Positions 36,193 to 46,803 of a DNA stretch of 64,000 nucleotides are shown one piece after another. The DNA is from a virus. Where the stretch lies: positions 33,994 through 97,993 of the IMG/VR virus record IMGVR_UViG_3300032240_002045; one strand, given 5' to 3'. A program made the position numbers and the translations under genes. The notes under the pieces are model-generated. The model saw nothing but the letters and a program-made list of their open reading frames with translations, was not told the origin of the DNA and searched no databases. The stretch's first letter is position 1, and each line of letters starts with the position of its first letter.

Positions 36193-37874
36193 TTCTTAAG
36201 TTTAGCCTCAAGTGCTTCAACCTTTGCGGTCAATTCTTTAACAGCAGAAACAAGCACAGCAATTAGGTTAGTCTCAGCAATTCCAAGGAACTCCTCTTTA
36301 GGAGCAACCTCTTTGCCTTCGCTATCTTTTATTGCTTCGCGTACATTTTCCTTAATAATGTTGTTAACCCAAGGTTTATCACCTAAAGCTTCTTGAACTT
36401 CTTGCGCAATAAAACCAATAGTTTTTCCTTCAGGAAAAGCGTGAGCTTCTCTTACAAGTTTGTCATTAAGGGTTATATCTTCTTGCTTTTTCCAGTTAAA
36501 CTCAACAGGGCGAAGAGCTTTAATCATGTCAATTCCGCCGGTTAGCTCTTCTACGTTTTCTTTATAGCGACCATCAGAAGTAGCAATTGAAGCGGATGTA
36601 GCAAAGATTTGAGAATTAACCTGTAGTTTGTAAGCACCATTTGATGTGGTGTAACCAATAAGGAAATATCCAAGAGAGTTTAATTGAGCATAATCTTGAC
36701 CGCTAGTCATTAGAAAAACGGACTTTGCCCCGTCAGTTCCAAGGCGTAAATTACCTGGACCTCTAATTTCAAAACCAACGTTTGCGTCAGTAGTGTTTCT
36801 AGGTGTTGTATTTGAGTTGTTGTCCCAACCAGTAACAGTTGACCCGTTTAAAGTAAAATTCCAAAGACTGTTATCTGTTTGGTACATGTTATCGCCGGGG
36901 TAACCAAAGCGCATGACCTTATTCATGTAAAAGTTACCGTAAGTTGTAACACCGATTACAGGAAATGGCCAGTCAGATAGTTCTGTTGGAGCAGCTGTTG
37001 TTCCACCATAGTTTTTAAACCACGCAGTCATTTGACCACCGCCTTGGTTAACTTCTAAAGCGGCTGCGTCTGAAACATACGGACTGGATTGTTGCGTTAA
37101 TTTTATGGCTATATTTCCAGTAGGACTAATTTGAAGTCGATGAGTTCCCGCGTTACCTAAATAAAAGTTACCATTTCCTGTGCTATCATTATTATTAATA
37201 AAAAAATTACCGTTACGATATTTAATAATATCTGCAGAAGTTACAGCGGAATTTGTAGCATTATTAGTAATAAGACGTTGAATTACTCCCGCATTAACGC
37301 CAGAATCAACGTTATAAATATCATGAAAACGTAAAGTGTTTGAAGCAACTACTCCAGCACCAATTTGAATGTTACCGTCTGCATCAATACGTAAACGTTC
37401 TCCGCCAGTGGCTCCACCAGTATTCATAGCAATAATTCCGCCAGGTGTTCCACCTGTCCAAGTACCGATAAGACGGAGGATGTCGTTATCAGCGCGGATG
37501 ATGTGACGTTTAGTTGAATCTGAATAAGGCTCAATAGTTAAATCTGTTGTTGGGTTAGGGCTAGAAATATTTAATTTACCGCTTAGGTTAGTAGTGTTAA
37601 TTCCTACGTTACCCGCGGCTGAGTATGTGTAGGTTGCTGTTCCAGAGCTATTTTGGATCTCAAACAAGTTTGCAGTTTGCGCGGAGGCCCCTTGAATAAC
37701 AAGGCCTTTAAGAGTAGGTGCTTGGTTAACAATGGTACTTCCACCATTTGTTGAAACGACAGATGGAAGATCGGCAAGGCTGTGGGTGTGCGGACCTACA
37801 CCAATAGGCACCCATTGGTTATTAGCAGCATCATATACGTATGCTGGACGAGCTACTCCTGAGATAGTTGCCAT
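36189..37874 (-). CDS. Tail fibre with C-terminal peptidase S74 intramolecular chaperone
   Basis: ERLRIDADGN repeats; TSDGRYKEN, LRPVEFNWK, GFIAQEV and terminal coiled coil. Confidence 0.9.
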   Translation of the reverse strand: MATISGVARPAYVYDAANNQWVPIGVGPHTHSLADLPSVVSTNGGSTIVNQAPTLKGLVIQGASAQTANLFEIQNSSGTATYTYSAAGNVGINTTNLSGKLNISSPNPTTDLTIEPYSDSTKRHIIRADNDILRLIGTWTGGTPGGIIAMNTGGATGGERLRIDADGNIQIGAGVVASNTLRFHDIYNVDSGVNAGVIQRLITNNATNSAVTSADIIKYRNGNFFINNNDSTGNGNFYLGNAGTHRLQISPTGNIAIKLTQQSSPYVSDAAALEVNQGGGQMTAWFKNYGGTTAAPTELSDWPFPVIGVTTYGNFYMNKVMRFGYPGDNMYQTDNSLWNFTLNGSTVTGWDNNSNTTPRNTTDANVGFEIRGPGNLRLGTDGAKSVFLMTSGQDYAQLNSLGYFLIGYTTSNGAYKLQVNSQIFATSASIATSDGRYKENVEELTGGIDMIKALRPVEFNWKKQEDITLNDKLVREAHAFPEGKTIGFIAQEVQEALGDKPWVNNIIKENVREAIKDSEGKEVAPKEEFLGIAETNLIAVLVSAVKELTAKVEALEAKLKK

Positions 37875-38860
37875 TATAACTCCGCATCCCAAGCAAACCA
37901 ACTAAGGTCATTGTTTTGTAAAGACATTATCTGCCCTAAAGTCACCGTAAATCCTAAAATATAAGCTGCTCCAGTTGTAGTAGTTGACCCATCGCTTGAG
38001 CAAGATAAAGCAGTTGCTGATGCGGCTATCCAACCATTACCGTAAAAACCAATTTGCCCCGCTGTTCCAGGAAAAGACCCCGCAGGGACTTTGGTAGTTA
38101 AATTATGAGTAAAGCTAGTAGGTACGGTACGCATGGATATTGGAAAATCTTTTGAAAAAAAGATTGCTCCGGTGTCTCTAACGTAACATAAATGTTTGTT
38201 TAAAGAGTCTCTAAAATAGTACCGTTGGCAAGCTGCAAGCTCTGTTGCGTAATCTCCAGAACGTCGGCTAAACCCAGTAACGGCCCCACCAATTTCAAGC
38301 TGCATACCCGTGACTAAAGTTGTTGCTGCGGATGCCGCGTCTCTAACAATTCTAAACTCTAATCCTCTTAAAGTATCGCTTGTTAGCGTAAATGTTGAGG
38401 AGTATCTAACCCAGCTAGAAGATGGAGAGTAGGAGAACACGCCCACACCTCCTTGGTTAGTTACTGCACTAAAATCGTTGTTTGTGTTGGGTGTTTGATA
38501 TTCTCCGTATAACACCGCAGTTCCACTAACATTTTTTGCCCAAAAAGATAAAGTTACTTTTTTACCTGCAAGGAATCGACTTTCTTCTGACGGCATTCTG
38601 TATGCAAGAAGTGGATAGCTAGCTGTTGAGTGGCCAAAAGAGAGTGAATATTGAAAATTAGTATCAGTAGGGACATCCGTTGATCTAGACATGGCACTTA
38701 CGTTTATGCCAAACCATCGATCCATAAGATAAAGGTTTGTTTGAGCGCCACTATAAGAACTCCCACGCTGCCAAAATTCGCAAGCTCCGTTTAAAAACCA
38801 GTTTTTGGCAGCAAAGTTACTGGTGTTGATTGTATTAGATACGTCTCTAGCTCTTGTCAT
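37874..38860 (-). CDS. Fibre/receptor-binding protein with CBM-like domain
   Basis: NWFLNG..WQRG, DRW, VTLSFWAK, QLE.G and ELAACQRYY. Confidence 0.75.
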   Translation of the reverse strand: MTRARDVSNTINTSNFAAKNWFLNGACEFWQRGSSYSGAQTNLYLMDRWFGINVSAMSRSTDVPTDTNFQYSLSFGHSTASYPLLAYRMPSEESRFLAGKKVTLSFWAKNVSGTAVLYGEYQTPNTNNDFSAVTNQGGVGVFSYSPSSSWVRYSSTFTLTSDTLRGLEFRIVRDAASAATTLVTGMQLEIGGAVTGFSRRSGDYATELAACQRYYFRDSLNKHLCYVRDTGAIFFSKDFPISMRTVPTSFTHNLTTKVPAGSFPGTAGQIGFYGNGWIAASATALSCSSDGSTTTTGAAYILGFTVTLGQIMSLQNNDLSWFAWDAEL

Positions 38861-40341
38861 AGGTCCGCCGTAAATCCAATATAAGCGGTTGCATCGTTGC
38901 TACCGTTTAAAGTATATGTTCTGTATTGAGTTAACCCGGTTGATACGGCATTAAACCACCCTGTTGGAGATAGCTCTGTTGTTCCTAATATAGTAAAACT
39001 ACTTACAGCGGATGTAACGCTTACCGTATCGTATAAACGAAAGTTTCCACCAAATTCAAGAGCATAAGGAGAAACCCTCATAGTTACCGGTGAAAAATTA
39101 GGAAATTGAGCACCAACAGTTGCTGCTGCAATGCCCCAGTTAGGAAATCTTGCATAGGTTGCCCCAGCTGTCCAACGGGAATAATGACGTTGGCAAAGCA
39201 TTAACTCTGTTGCGTAGTTTCCTGTTGCTGTTTGAAACGGAGTTGCGGCAGATCCCGGTTCTAATTGAATACCAGTAATAGAAAAAGTTCCCGCATAAGC
39301 ACCGGTGTTTAAGTAAGGGACAATACTTAAAGCTAAGTTAGTTCCAGCGGGGCTAGCCGCAATAGTAAATGTGGTAGAAAATCTTCCCCAGGATGTGCTT
39401 GGAACACCAAGAGAGTTTCCGCCGACCACGGTTACCGGATTACCGCCACCAGCGGCAAGTGAATCTAAGAAAGCTGCGTAAAAAGTTAATTGAGAGGTTA
39501 CACTTGTTGAAGTTTTGGCATAAAAAGAAATTGTCCATGTAGATCCAATTTGAAAAGGACCGGCATTTCCTGCCGCTGGGAGTTCAATACTTTGTCTAAT
39601 AGCCGGATTTCCAACCGACCCTGTTATGTCCATACAATAAGGAATAAATCCCGGACCTGTACCACGAGCAGCTGTAGCGGTTGAATCGGGACGCCAACGA
39701 TCTGCTGCAAAAGCATTTCCACTTGAAAATGTAATTCCACGTTGCCAAATTGACATATCTGAGTTTAAAACTTTGTTAACGCCCTGTGACGCATATGATT
39801 TCCAAGAAACACCAGTTGTTGCTGCAGAATCTGCAACTAGCACTTGATCGTTACCGCCTACTGGAAGTCTGGCTGTAGTGTTGTCCGCAGTGGCAACGTA
39901 TAGGTCGCCTTTTGCATCCACTAAAGATTTAGGCAAATACTTATTATCGGCTTGGCTAGTTGTGTACACATCAGTTACTGCAAGGTTAGGTGTGCAAAAT
40001 ACCTCTATTACATCTCCCGCAACCGTGGCATCTACAAGGGTAATAGTTGTTCCATCTGTAGCTGCGTAATCAACTCCGCGGACTAGCAATACTCCGTTGA
40101 GGAATACTTCTTCATAGTTAGGGGTATAAACAAGTGAGAAGTTACCGTCATCATTAAGAGCTGTAAATACTGTGGTTCCCGCGGCGGGGGTTTTCTTCCA
40201 ACGAAGACGCTGAATAGAGGATGCAACACCGTCAGTCTTTACCCAGATTGAGCCATCTACTATGCCCGTAGGCTCAGTAGTGGTGGCAAAAGATCTGGCA
40301 TTAGACTGCGAGTTGTCGGCATTTACCCGGGAGCGCGTCAT
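38857..40341 (-). CDS. Fibre/receptor-binding protein with CBM-like domain
   Basis: VFLNGVLL..DY; AKGDL; WQRG..DRW..QLEPGS..ELMLCQRHY. Confidence 0.75.
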   Translation of the reverse strand: MTRSRVNADNSQSNARSFATTTEPTGIVDGSIWVKTDGVASSIQRLRWKKTPAAGTTVFTALNDDGNFSLVYTPNYEEVFLNGVLLVRGVDYAATDGTTITLVDATVAGDVIEVFCTPNLAVTDVYTTSQADNKYLPKSLVDAKGDLYVATADNTTARLPVGGNDQVLVADSAATTGVSWKSYASQGVNKVLNSDMSIWQRGITFSSGNAFAADRWRPDSTATAARGTGPGFIPYCMDITGSVGNPAIRQSIELPAAGNAGPFQIGSTWTISFYAKTSTSVTSQLTFYAAFLDSLAAGGGNPVTVVGGNSLGVPSTSWGRFSTTFTIAASPAGTNLALSIVPYLNTGAYAGTFSITGIQLEPGSAATPFQTATGNYATELMLCQRHYSRWTAGATYARFPNWGIAAATVGAQFPNFSPVTMRVSPYALEFGGNFRLYDTVSVTSAVSSFTILGTTELSPTGWFNAVSTGLTQYRTYTLNGSNDATAYIGFTADL

Positions 40342-40358
40342 TAGGCTAGTTTACTTTC

Positions 40359-40532
40359 TTATTCTTCTTCAGTCAGGGTTAGAGGGGCGGGGGTAATCTG
40401 CTGTGCATCCCATACCTCTTTAGGCATTGATGTGTATTCGTCATTTCCGCGGTCAATAATTACATGCTCGGTAATTGAGCCGTCTGGTCCCGGCACTTCA
40501 ATGATTCGTACGTTATCTGGCAGTGTTGTCAT
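40359..40532 (-). CDS. 57-aa hypothetical protein; not in the ORF track
   Basis: MTTLPDNVRIIEV..HVIIDRGNDEYTSMPK; GGAG RBS. Confidence 0.7.
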   Translation of the reverse strand: MTTLPDNVRIIEVPGPDGSITEHVIIDRGNDEYTSMPKEVWDAQQITPAPLTLTEEE

Positions 40533-40534
40533 TA

Positions 40535-42496
40535 TTAGACTCCATATCTTATTCGGTCGGCGTTAAAATTTTGTAATACTTCAGCAGCTGTAAGCGCTTT
40601 TCCAATATAAAAAGATAAACGACCTAAATTTCCACCCCACGTATAACCAGAGTTTGACCCGCCAAAACCAGTGGCTAAAGTTACGCTAGCAAAACTCGTA
40701 GTTGCTGTAACTAAAGTGGTTGATCCTTCTAAATACCCATTGTGATAAATGGTAATTGTATTTGAGCCGCTTACAACAATAGTTGTATTAAGCCATACGT
40801 CAGCAAATTGGTTAATAGCGTGGGGATAATAATACTCGCCAATTCCAGCAGCATTCCAACTTGCGTCACCGTATTGATAGCCCGCGGATCCTCCAATTAG
40901 CATACGACCACCAAGGTATGCGATTGGGATACGTGTCCAAGAAGACCACGTATAGTTAGTAATACCCGTACCTAAGTTAGGAAGCGGTACGCTTGTGGTT
41001 GTTCCGTTAAATACTAGGGCCCCTCCGGCGAGGGTATTTGTAAAAGTTGAATTGCTTGCTGTTGCGTTATAGCCATTACCGCTTAAATCATAAATAGTGG
41101 AACCAGTGTTGTAGTTAATGCTTGCGGAAGTTGTTTTTAAATAACCAGCTGCGGTTCCCGCTGCTTTAACTTGGGCTCCCCAAAAATAAGTACCTCGAGT
41201 TGATCCAACTGTAGCACGACCAGCAGGCCAAAATCTAAAAGCTAACCCGGTCGTTCCTGTGCTTCTAGCGGGAACAACAAATGAGCATTTATACCAACCA
41301 CCACCAACATCTTCTATTGCTCCACTTGAATTTGGTGCCCCATTAATAGTGTTTGAGCCGTCAAGATAAAAATCTACATTGTATTCTCCCTCCCCATACC
41401 AATAACAATTAAATGTAAAATAGTTAATATTGTTGTAGGCTTTTGCGTAAATAGAGACTGTTTGAGCCCCAGTTCCCACTGGAATTGTTCCTTGCTCTAT
41501 AAGATTAAATGTTGTATCGTTTCCCGTATTTAGTGTTCCGGTGTTTCCGCCGATAGGGTCTGTTATTGCATTTGGGGTTACTGTTTGAGAATTAACTTTA
41601 CTCCAAACAGTTTGCGTAAAATCTTCAGACCAAAGGGCTGTATTTTGACCTCCATACGATCCTCGATAAAAATCATAATCTGCCGTAAGTCCCGTTGTTA
41701 CAAACCTAGTTCTATCAAGCTCACTTGTTGAATTATTAGAAAAAGTAGAAGCTCCGGCTATATTATTTGCTGTTCCAGAAAAAGAATAACGAGTATTGAT
41801 TGAGATAGGTCCGCCAGTAATAGGGACATTTGTTTTAAACACAACAGGTGATGTGGCGGAAGTTACCGCAATATTTCCTGGTTGCGCATAAAGAGTGTAT
41901 CCAGTAATTGCAGAACCACCCGTTGCCCCCGCGGTGACGGGTACAGAAAGCCCTTCAAATGTAGCGGTTGGTGTTCCAACAGTTGGTGCTTGCGGAACTG
42001 TTACAGGGGTAATTGAATTACTTGTAGCAGAGGATGTTCCGTAGTTATTAGTTGCTGTTACAGTAAAGGTGTAAGCCGTACCTGTTGCTAAACCAAGAAA
42101 TGTAGCTTGGTTGGTGGTTGTAGTTTGAGAAAATCCTCCTGTATTAGAGGTAATTACGTAATAGCTAGCTGGTACGTTTGTTGTTGCCGGTGTCCATGTT
42201 ACTTTTACACCTGGAAGTCCGCCGTAAGGAACTTGAGCACTAACTGCTACTACGTTTGTTGGCGCATCAGGTTTGGTAGCTGCTGCTACCCATCCATTGG
42301 TTGTATAAACTTGCAGCACGTTTGTGGTTGTATCAAAGTATTGATCTCCAATAGAACCTACCGCGGGTTTTACAGAGGTAGCCCCGCGATTAGGTGTATT
42401 AGTGTTATCACCAAAAGAGGTGATGTTAGTGTTAATACTAATGTAGGGGTTTGCAATGCCGTCATTAGGTATTTGGTTCGCTTTATTAAGCGCCAC
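40535..42496 (-). CDS. Virion protein with FN3 repeats and a LamG/concanavalin-like domain
   Basis: PDAPTNV..YTFTVTATN FN3; DLSGNG..ALTAAEVLQNFNA. Confidence 0.8.
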   Translation of the reverse strand: MALNKANQIPNDGIANPYISINTNITSFGDNTNTPNRGATSVKPAVGSIGDQYFDTTTNVLQVYTTNGWVAAATKPDAPTNVVAVSAQVPYGGLPGVKVTWTPATTNVPASYYVITSNTGGFSQTTTTNQATFLGLATGTAYTFTVTATNNYGTSSATSNSITPVTVPQAPTVGTPTATFEGLSVPVTAGATGGSAITGYTLYAQPGNIAVTSATSPVVFKTNVPITGGPISINTRYSFSGTANNIAGASTFSNNSTSELDRTRFVTTGLTADYDFYRGSYGGQNTALWSEDFTQTVWSKVNSQTVTPNAITDPIGGNTGTLNTGNDTTFNLIEQGTIPVGTGAQTVSIYAKAYNNINYFTFNCYWYGEGEYNVDFYLDGSNTINGAPNSSGAIEDVGGGWYKCSFVVPARSTGTTGLAFRFWPAGRATVGSTRGTYFWGAQVKAAGTAAGYLKTTSASINYNTGSTIYDLSGNGYNATASNSTFTNTLAGGALVFNGTTTSVPLPNLGTGITNYTWSSWTRIPIAYLGGRMLIGGSAGYQYGDASWNAAGIGEYYYPHAINQFADVWLNTTIVVSGSNTITIYHNGYLEGSTTLVTATTSFASVTLATGFGGSNSGYTWGGNLGRLSFYIGKALTAAEVLQNFNADRIRYGV

Positions 42497-42508
42497 GACA
42501 ACCTCCTC

Positions 42509-45500
42509 TTAGGCTTGAGCTTCAGACCAAGAAATACGGCCGAGTGCTTGAGCTGTACCAGTACCTACGTTGGTAACAACAATAGTTAATGTATCTGGAC
42601 CATCTGGGTAGATGTTTGTGTTGGAGTTAGTTCCTCCACCGCCAAGTGCAGCATTACCCAAATCGCGGACGTTAGAAAGGTCAATGCTAGAGGTACCTGT
42701 TACGAAGAAACCACCTGTTACTTCACCACCAGATATAGTTGTGTTACCTGCTGCATAGTCAGCAATCTGTGAAAGGGACGAGTTAACTCTACCTGCAACG
42801 TTACCCACCGCATTTGTCCATGCTGTAGATGAGCTCGGTACTCCATTAAGAATGGCCTGCACAAGGATGTTTGAGTTAGCGTTTGCAATCGATACGTCAA
42901 GTGATCGAAGAAGCAACTGCATGCGGTTGATAAGCTCTCGCTGTCCAAATGCGGCAGCAACACCATTATCTGCTGAAGGTGCTACACGGATTGAGAACAA
43001 GGCCTTTGTGCTTGCTCCCGTAAAGGTTCCGTTTCCAGAAACAGCGCCTGAGTTAACTACAGACAAAGTTACCGTTGTACCGGAGATTGCAGTAATGATT
43101 GCGTTAGTTCCAATACCTGTGCCTGTTACGACTTGACCTGGTGCTAAGTTACCCGCCGCTCCCACCGTGATTGTGCTTGCTCCAGAGCTACCAGTAATGG
43201 TTGTTACCTGACTACCCTGAGGAGCGATCAATGTCGGTGTGTTTTGGCCGTAAGTAAAGAGGAGCGACTTATCGTCATCGTAACGGCCATCCATAATTAC
43301 CGAAGTACCCCAGTGAGAGATAGATGGTGCAAATGAAGGGAACGCAAGTTCAACCGCGGTTGGGGCAGTTGCTGTGTATGAAAATGTCTGAGCTGATCCA
43401 AGACCCATTGGTGTCACAACAACTGTTGGATTAGCTGCTGTTACAGCCTGGCTTAGTTGCAAAGTTGATCCTGAGATGTTTGAGATAAACGCGCCTTCAG
43501 GCACGTTTGCGCCATAAACTTTTTGACCAATCTGCAAACCTGAAGTACTCGCTACAGTTGCAACGTTTGATCCTGAGCTAATTGTTAGAGACAAAGAGGT
43601 ATTACCAGCTTGACCACGAGTCAAACCTGTAAAGGTAGTTGCTGTTTTACCTGTGTAGTTAATAAACTCATATGCAGAGGCTGTACGAACAGCTACAGTT
43701 CCGGCTGTTGGGAATTTGCTTGTATCAGCTACTGTAATAGTTGTATCTGAAGAGTTAAGTGTTGCTGTTGTGTTTGTTACCGGAGGAGTTGTGTTTGTCT
43801 CATAGCGAGCAGGTAAGTTACCTGAACGCATGTAAGCCTCGGTATTAATATTGTTATTAATTGCACGGTGTACGTATACGATATTACCCTTAGGTCCACG
43901 CAGACCCCAACGTACGAAACCAGCTCCGTACCAAGTAAAGTCAATATAAAACATCTGCATCTTAGCTAAATCAATTGTGTAACCAGAAGGACCTGTGCCG
44001 TCCATCTTGTCCATATTCCACTGAGATTGCGGTGTGCGAAGTTCTTGAGTCTTAGAGATAACCACAAAGTTTGCGGTGGCCGCACGATATGAAGGGCTAA
44101 TAGTTAAAGAGGTATCTGAGGCAATATCGGTAATGCGATACGACTGACCGCGAAGAACAACAAAGTCTCCTACAGCAAGTTGTTTTGAAAAGTATGTTGG
44201 GAATGACGAGTTGGTCTGTGTAACAGTATTCGAACCGTTAGTTACAGAGACTTTACCTGAAAGCTGAGTAACAGAGTTACGACGAACCGCGTATAGCTGT
44301 TGACCGTCGTACTCAAAGAACAAGCCATTCTGCTGATCAAATAAACCTAGACGAGCTTGAGCGCCGTACCAACCAACAACCGATAGGTCATAGAGACCTG
44401 ATGCTGGAGATGCTGTAGGTACGCTTGTTGCTATGTAAGTAAATGTGTTGTAACCAGTTACGGAATCAACTGTAAATGTTCCGTTGTACGCGGGTTCGTT
44501 TGCACTTGAAACAAAAATAACTGTTCCTGGTTGAATATTGTGGCGTTCTTTTGTTTGAACAGTTACTGTTGTACCAGTGGATGTAAGTGAGTCAATAGCT
44601 GTGTACGGGCGAAGGATTGTTCCAGATGAGATCTGAACACCTTTACCTGATTGATAGCGGAAGTAACGTCGTGTTTGTCGGATAGCCTGCTCGTTGTTAG
44701 ATGCACCATTAGATGAGAAAAGAACTCCGCCGTCAAATGATCGGTGTAAGAATTGAGCCTGCGGAATTGGATAGATTGCAGCGCTTGAATATGTAAGTGT
44801 TCCTGATGGAGCGGGGTTTACATAGTAAGAAAAAGTAGTTGAGCTTGTAATTGTTGAAACATACCAAGAACCTGTTGGGGGGTTTGAACCAGATGTGGTT
44901 ACGCCCACAACTGCAATTTCGTTACCCAAAGATAATCCGTGAGGTACTGATGTTGTAACGGATACGATATTACCGCTGTAAGACATGCTAGCGGGAGCGC
45001 TACCAATTTGCGCATTTGCGTACAAAGTACCATTGTAAATAGCTGTTTTATTTGGGTCTAGGATATCTGTAATTGTTGTGCTATTTACGGAACGTGAAGT
45101 ATAAGTAAAAGTAGTTGATGTTGGAACGGTTTCAATAATATAGTTACCGTTTGCCAAAGATAGATAGGTATCTTGAACAACAATTGCGGTACCAACCGCA
45201 AGACCATGGGCCGCACTTGTTGTGACAGTTACTAAACGTGCGCCATTAGCCAAACTGATAGCGGTAATGTTTGGGATAGGTGCGTATGATTGATAAGCAA
45301 AAGCGCGGTTATTAACCATTCCTAGGTTTTCCCATTTAGAGATCTGGGTACCATATTCAAAGTCTGTATCGATAAGGGCTTGTGGCTGTGTCACACGAAG
45401 CTTGTTAGTCGGATCTAGCTGAGTTTCTCCAGGTTCAAATGTTTCATTGTAATCATCAAAAGTAATTTGAATCTTGTCTGTGGAAGCCATTGTTGTTGTG

Positions 45501-45718
45501 TTGTAGGCAAGAACAATACTTGTAGTTTCAGTAGCTCCCTGAGACAAAGTATAGCTAGTTGCAGACAAGCTAGGGTCAGAAAAGTTGTAAATGACCTTGT
45601 TCTTAGTTACGTTGGTGATTAGGAGCAGGCGCTCGCGTTGAATTAGCTTTGGGATAACAAGTGTTCGAGTAGCTGGCGTGAATGTATACGCGGTCTCAAC
45701 AACAACTTTTCTTGCCAT
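42509..45718 (-). CDS. Large virion structural protein (1069 aa)
   Basis: YTFTP..LLLITNVT..IYNF N-terminus; QTRRYFRYQSGKG; repeated H-G-L-x-x-G beta modules. Confidence 0.75.
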   Translation of the reverse strand: MARKVVVETAYTFTPATRTLVIPKLIQRERLLLITNVTKNKVIYNFSDPSLSATSYTLSQGATETTSIVLAYNTTTMASTDKIQITFDDYNETFEPGETQLDPTNKLRVTQPQALIDTDFEYGTQISKWENLGMVNNRAFAYQSYAPIPNITAISLANGARLVTVTTSAAHGLAVGTAIVVQDTYLSLANGNYIIETVPTSTTFTYTSRSVNSTTITDILDPNKTAIYNGTLYANAQIGSAPASMSYSGNIVSVTTSVPHGLSLGNEIAVVGVTTSGSNPPTGSWYVSTITSSTTFSYYVNPAPSGTLTYSSAAIYPIPQAQFLHRSFDGGVLFSSNGASNNEQAIRQTRRYFRYQSGKGVQISSGTILRPYTAIDSLTSTGTTVTVQTKERHNIQPGTVIFVSSANEPAYNGTFTVDSVTGYNTFTYIATSVPTASPASGLYDLSVVGWYGAQARLGLFDQQNGLFFEYDGQQLYAVRRNSVTQLSGKVSVTNGSNTVTQTNSSFPTYFSKQLAVGDFVVLRGQSYRITDIASDTSLTISPSYRAATANFVVISKTQELRTPQSQWNMDKMDGTGPSGYTIDLAKMQMFYIDFTWYGAGFVRWGLRGPKGNIVYVHRAINNNINTEAYMRSGNLPARYETNTTPPVTNTTATLNSSDTTITVADTSKFPTAGTVAVRTASAYEFINYTGKTATTFTGLTRGQAGNTSLSLTISSGSNVATVASTSGLQIGQKVYGANVPEGAFISNISGSTLQLSQAVTAANPTVVVTPMGLGSAQTFSYTATAPTAVELAFPSFAPSISHWGTSVIMDGRYDDDKSLLFTYGQNTPTLIAPQGSQVTTITGSSGASTITVGAAGNLAPGQVVTGTGIGTNAIITAISGTTVTLSVVNSGAVSGNGTFTGASTKALFSIRVAPSADNGVAAAFGQRELINRMQLLLRSLDVSIANANSNILVQAILNGVPSSSTAWTNAVGNVAGRVNSSLSQIADYAAGNTTISGGEVTGGFFVTGTSSIDLSNVRDLGNAALGGGGTNSNTNIYPDGPDTLTIVVTNVGTGTAQALGRISWSEAQA

Positions 45719-45721
45719 TTA

Positions 45722-46552
45722 TTACGCTCCTAATAAGATATCTGTGGCTAGGAATGGATAATTTGTAGTCTTAGTGTTATTGACCGGTCCCGCCATAACA
45801 CGTGCATCAAATGTTGACCCAGCTGGGGGAACTTCAGAAAAAGCTAAATAGCCGTCTGCGTCCACCATAAAGCCGTCCCGAGATAAATCTGATTGCCAGA
45901 CATATTCAGGAAAACTTACTGTTTGAATAATACCATTGACACTCAATAAAATCCGCAAAGGGTTGGAAATTGTTAGCGGAGTTCCTTGGTATGTGGGGAT
46001 AAAGCGACTTTCAATACCGTCAAATTGATAGCGCAGTGTGTCAATTGGGGTAATGTCATGTTCAGCCCAGTTAACGCCTGTAGGTTGGGTTGAATCCGCG
46101 ACAAGAATTGAATTGTCAGGGCCAACAGATTGAATGCCTGTTGAGCTATAGGCGGTACCTACTACTAAATCACCTTTGGCAATGATCTCTGTCTTCTTGA
46201 CAGAGTCTTGCATTTGGAAGGCGCTGAAACTTACAACCTCAATAACATCCGATACAGCCAAGGCTGAAAGGAAGGTAATTGAGGTTCCATTAGCTGCGGT
46301 GTAGTCAGTTCCGCGGACTAACAAGGATCCGTTAAGGAAGACCTGTTCTGAGCCTACGCGGTAGGAAAGAGCGACCCCCGCGTCAGAGTTACCTGTTGCG
46401 GTGGTCTGTCCCGCGGTGGCGGTTTTAATCCATTGAACGGTATCTGCGCCACCGAGAACAGAGTTCCAGGTAGTTCCATCCCAAGTCCACTGACGGCCGC
46501 CAGCGTAGATGCTGTTGCCAATTACAGGGGAGAGTGGGAAGTTAATTGCCAT
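45722..46552 (-). CDS. Virion structural protein
   Basis: MAINFP..WTWDGTTW; VFLNG..DY; shares modules with 38857-40341. Confidence 0.7.
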   Translation of the reverse strand: MAINFPLSPVIGNSIYAGGRQWTWDGTTWNSVLGGADTVQWIKTATAGQTTATGNSDAGVALSYRVGSEQVFLNGSLLVRGTDYTAANGTSITFLSALAVSDVIEVVSFSAFQMQDSVKKTEIIAKGDLVVGTAYSSTGIQSVGPDNSILVADSTQPTGVNWAEHDITPIDTLRYQFDGIESRFIPTYQGTPLTISNPLRILLSVNGIIQTVSFPEYVWQSDLSRDGFMVDADGYLAFSEVPPAGSTFDARVMAGPVNNTKTTNYPFLATDILLGA

Positions 46553-46557
46553 AAGTA

Positions 46558-46791
46558 CTAGCCTACTAGAGCTGCGACCTCATCGGCTGTTAAACCGAGC
46601 TTAGCTAGCTTTGCTTCAGCAGATGCTTTTGCTTCAGCTTTAGCTGCTGCCTCTGCGTCTGCTGCAGCTTGCTGCTCAGCAATTTGTTCAGCCATCTCAG
46701 CTTGTGCTGCGATTTCTGCGGGGGTCATATCACGAGTAGTCTCGATACCTGTAGAGCAATCGATCTCTGTGATCTTAGGTGTGTCTGTCAT
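46558..46791 (-). CDS. Small Ala/Glu-rich protein, possibly a fibre chaperone
   Basis: EIDCSTG...RDMT.AE..AKLAKLGLTADE; AAGGAG RBS. Confidence 0.7.
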   Translation of the reverse strand: MTDTPKITEIDCSTGIETTRDMTPAEIAAQAEMAEQIAEQQAAADAEAAAKAEAKASAEAKLAKLGLTADEVAALVG

Positions 46792-46803
46792 TTTATCTCC
46801 TTG

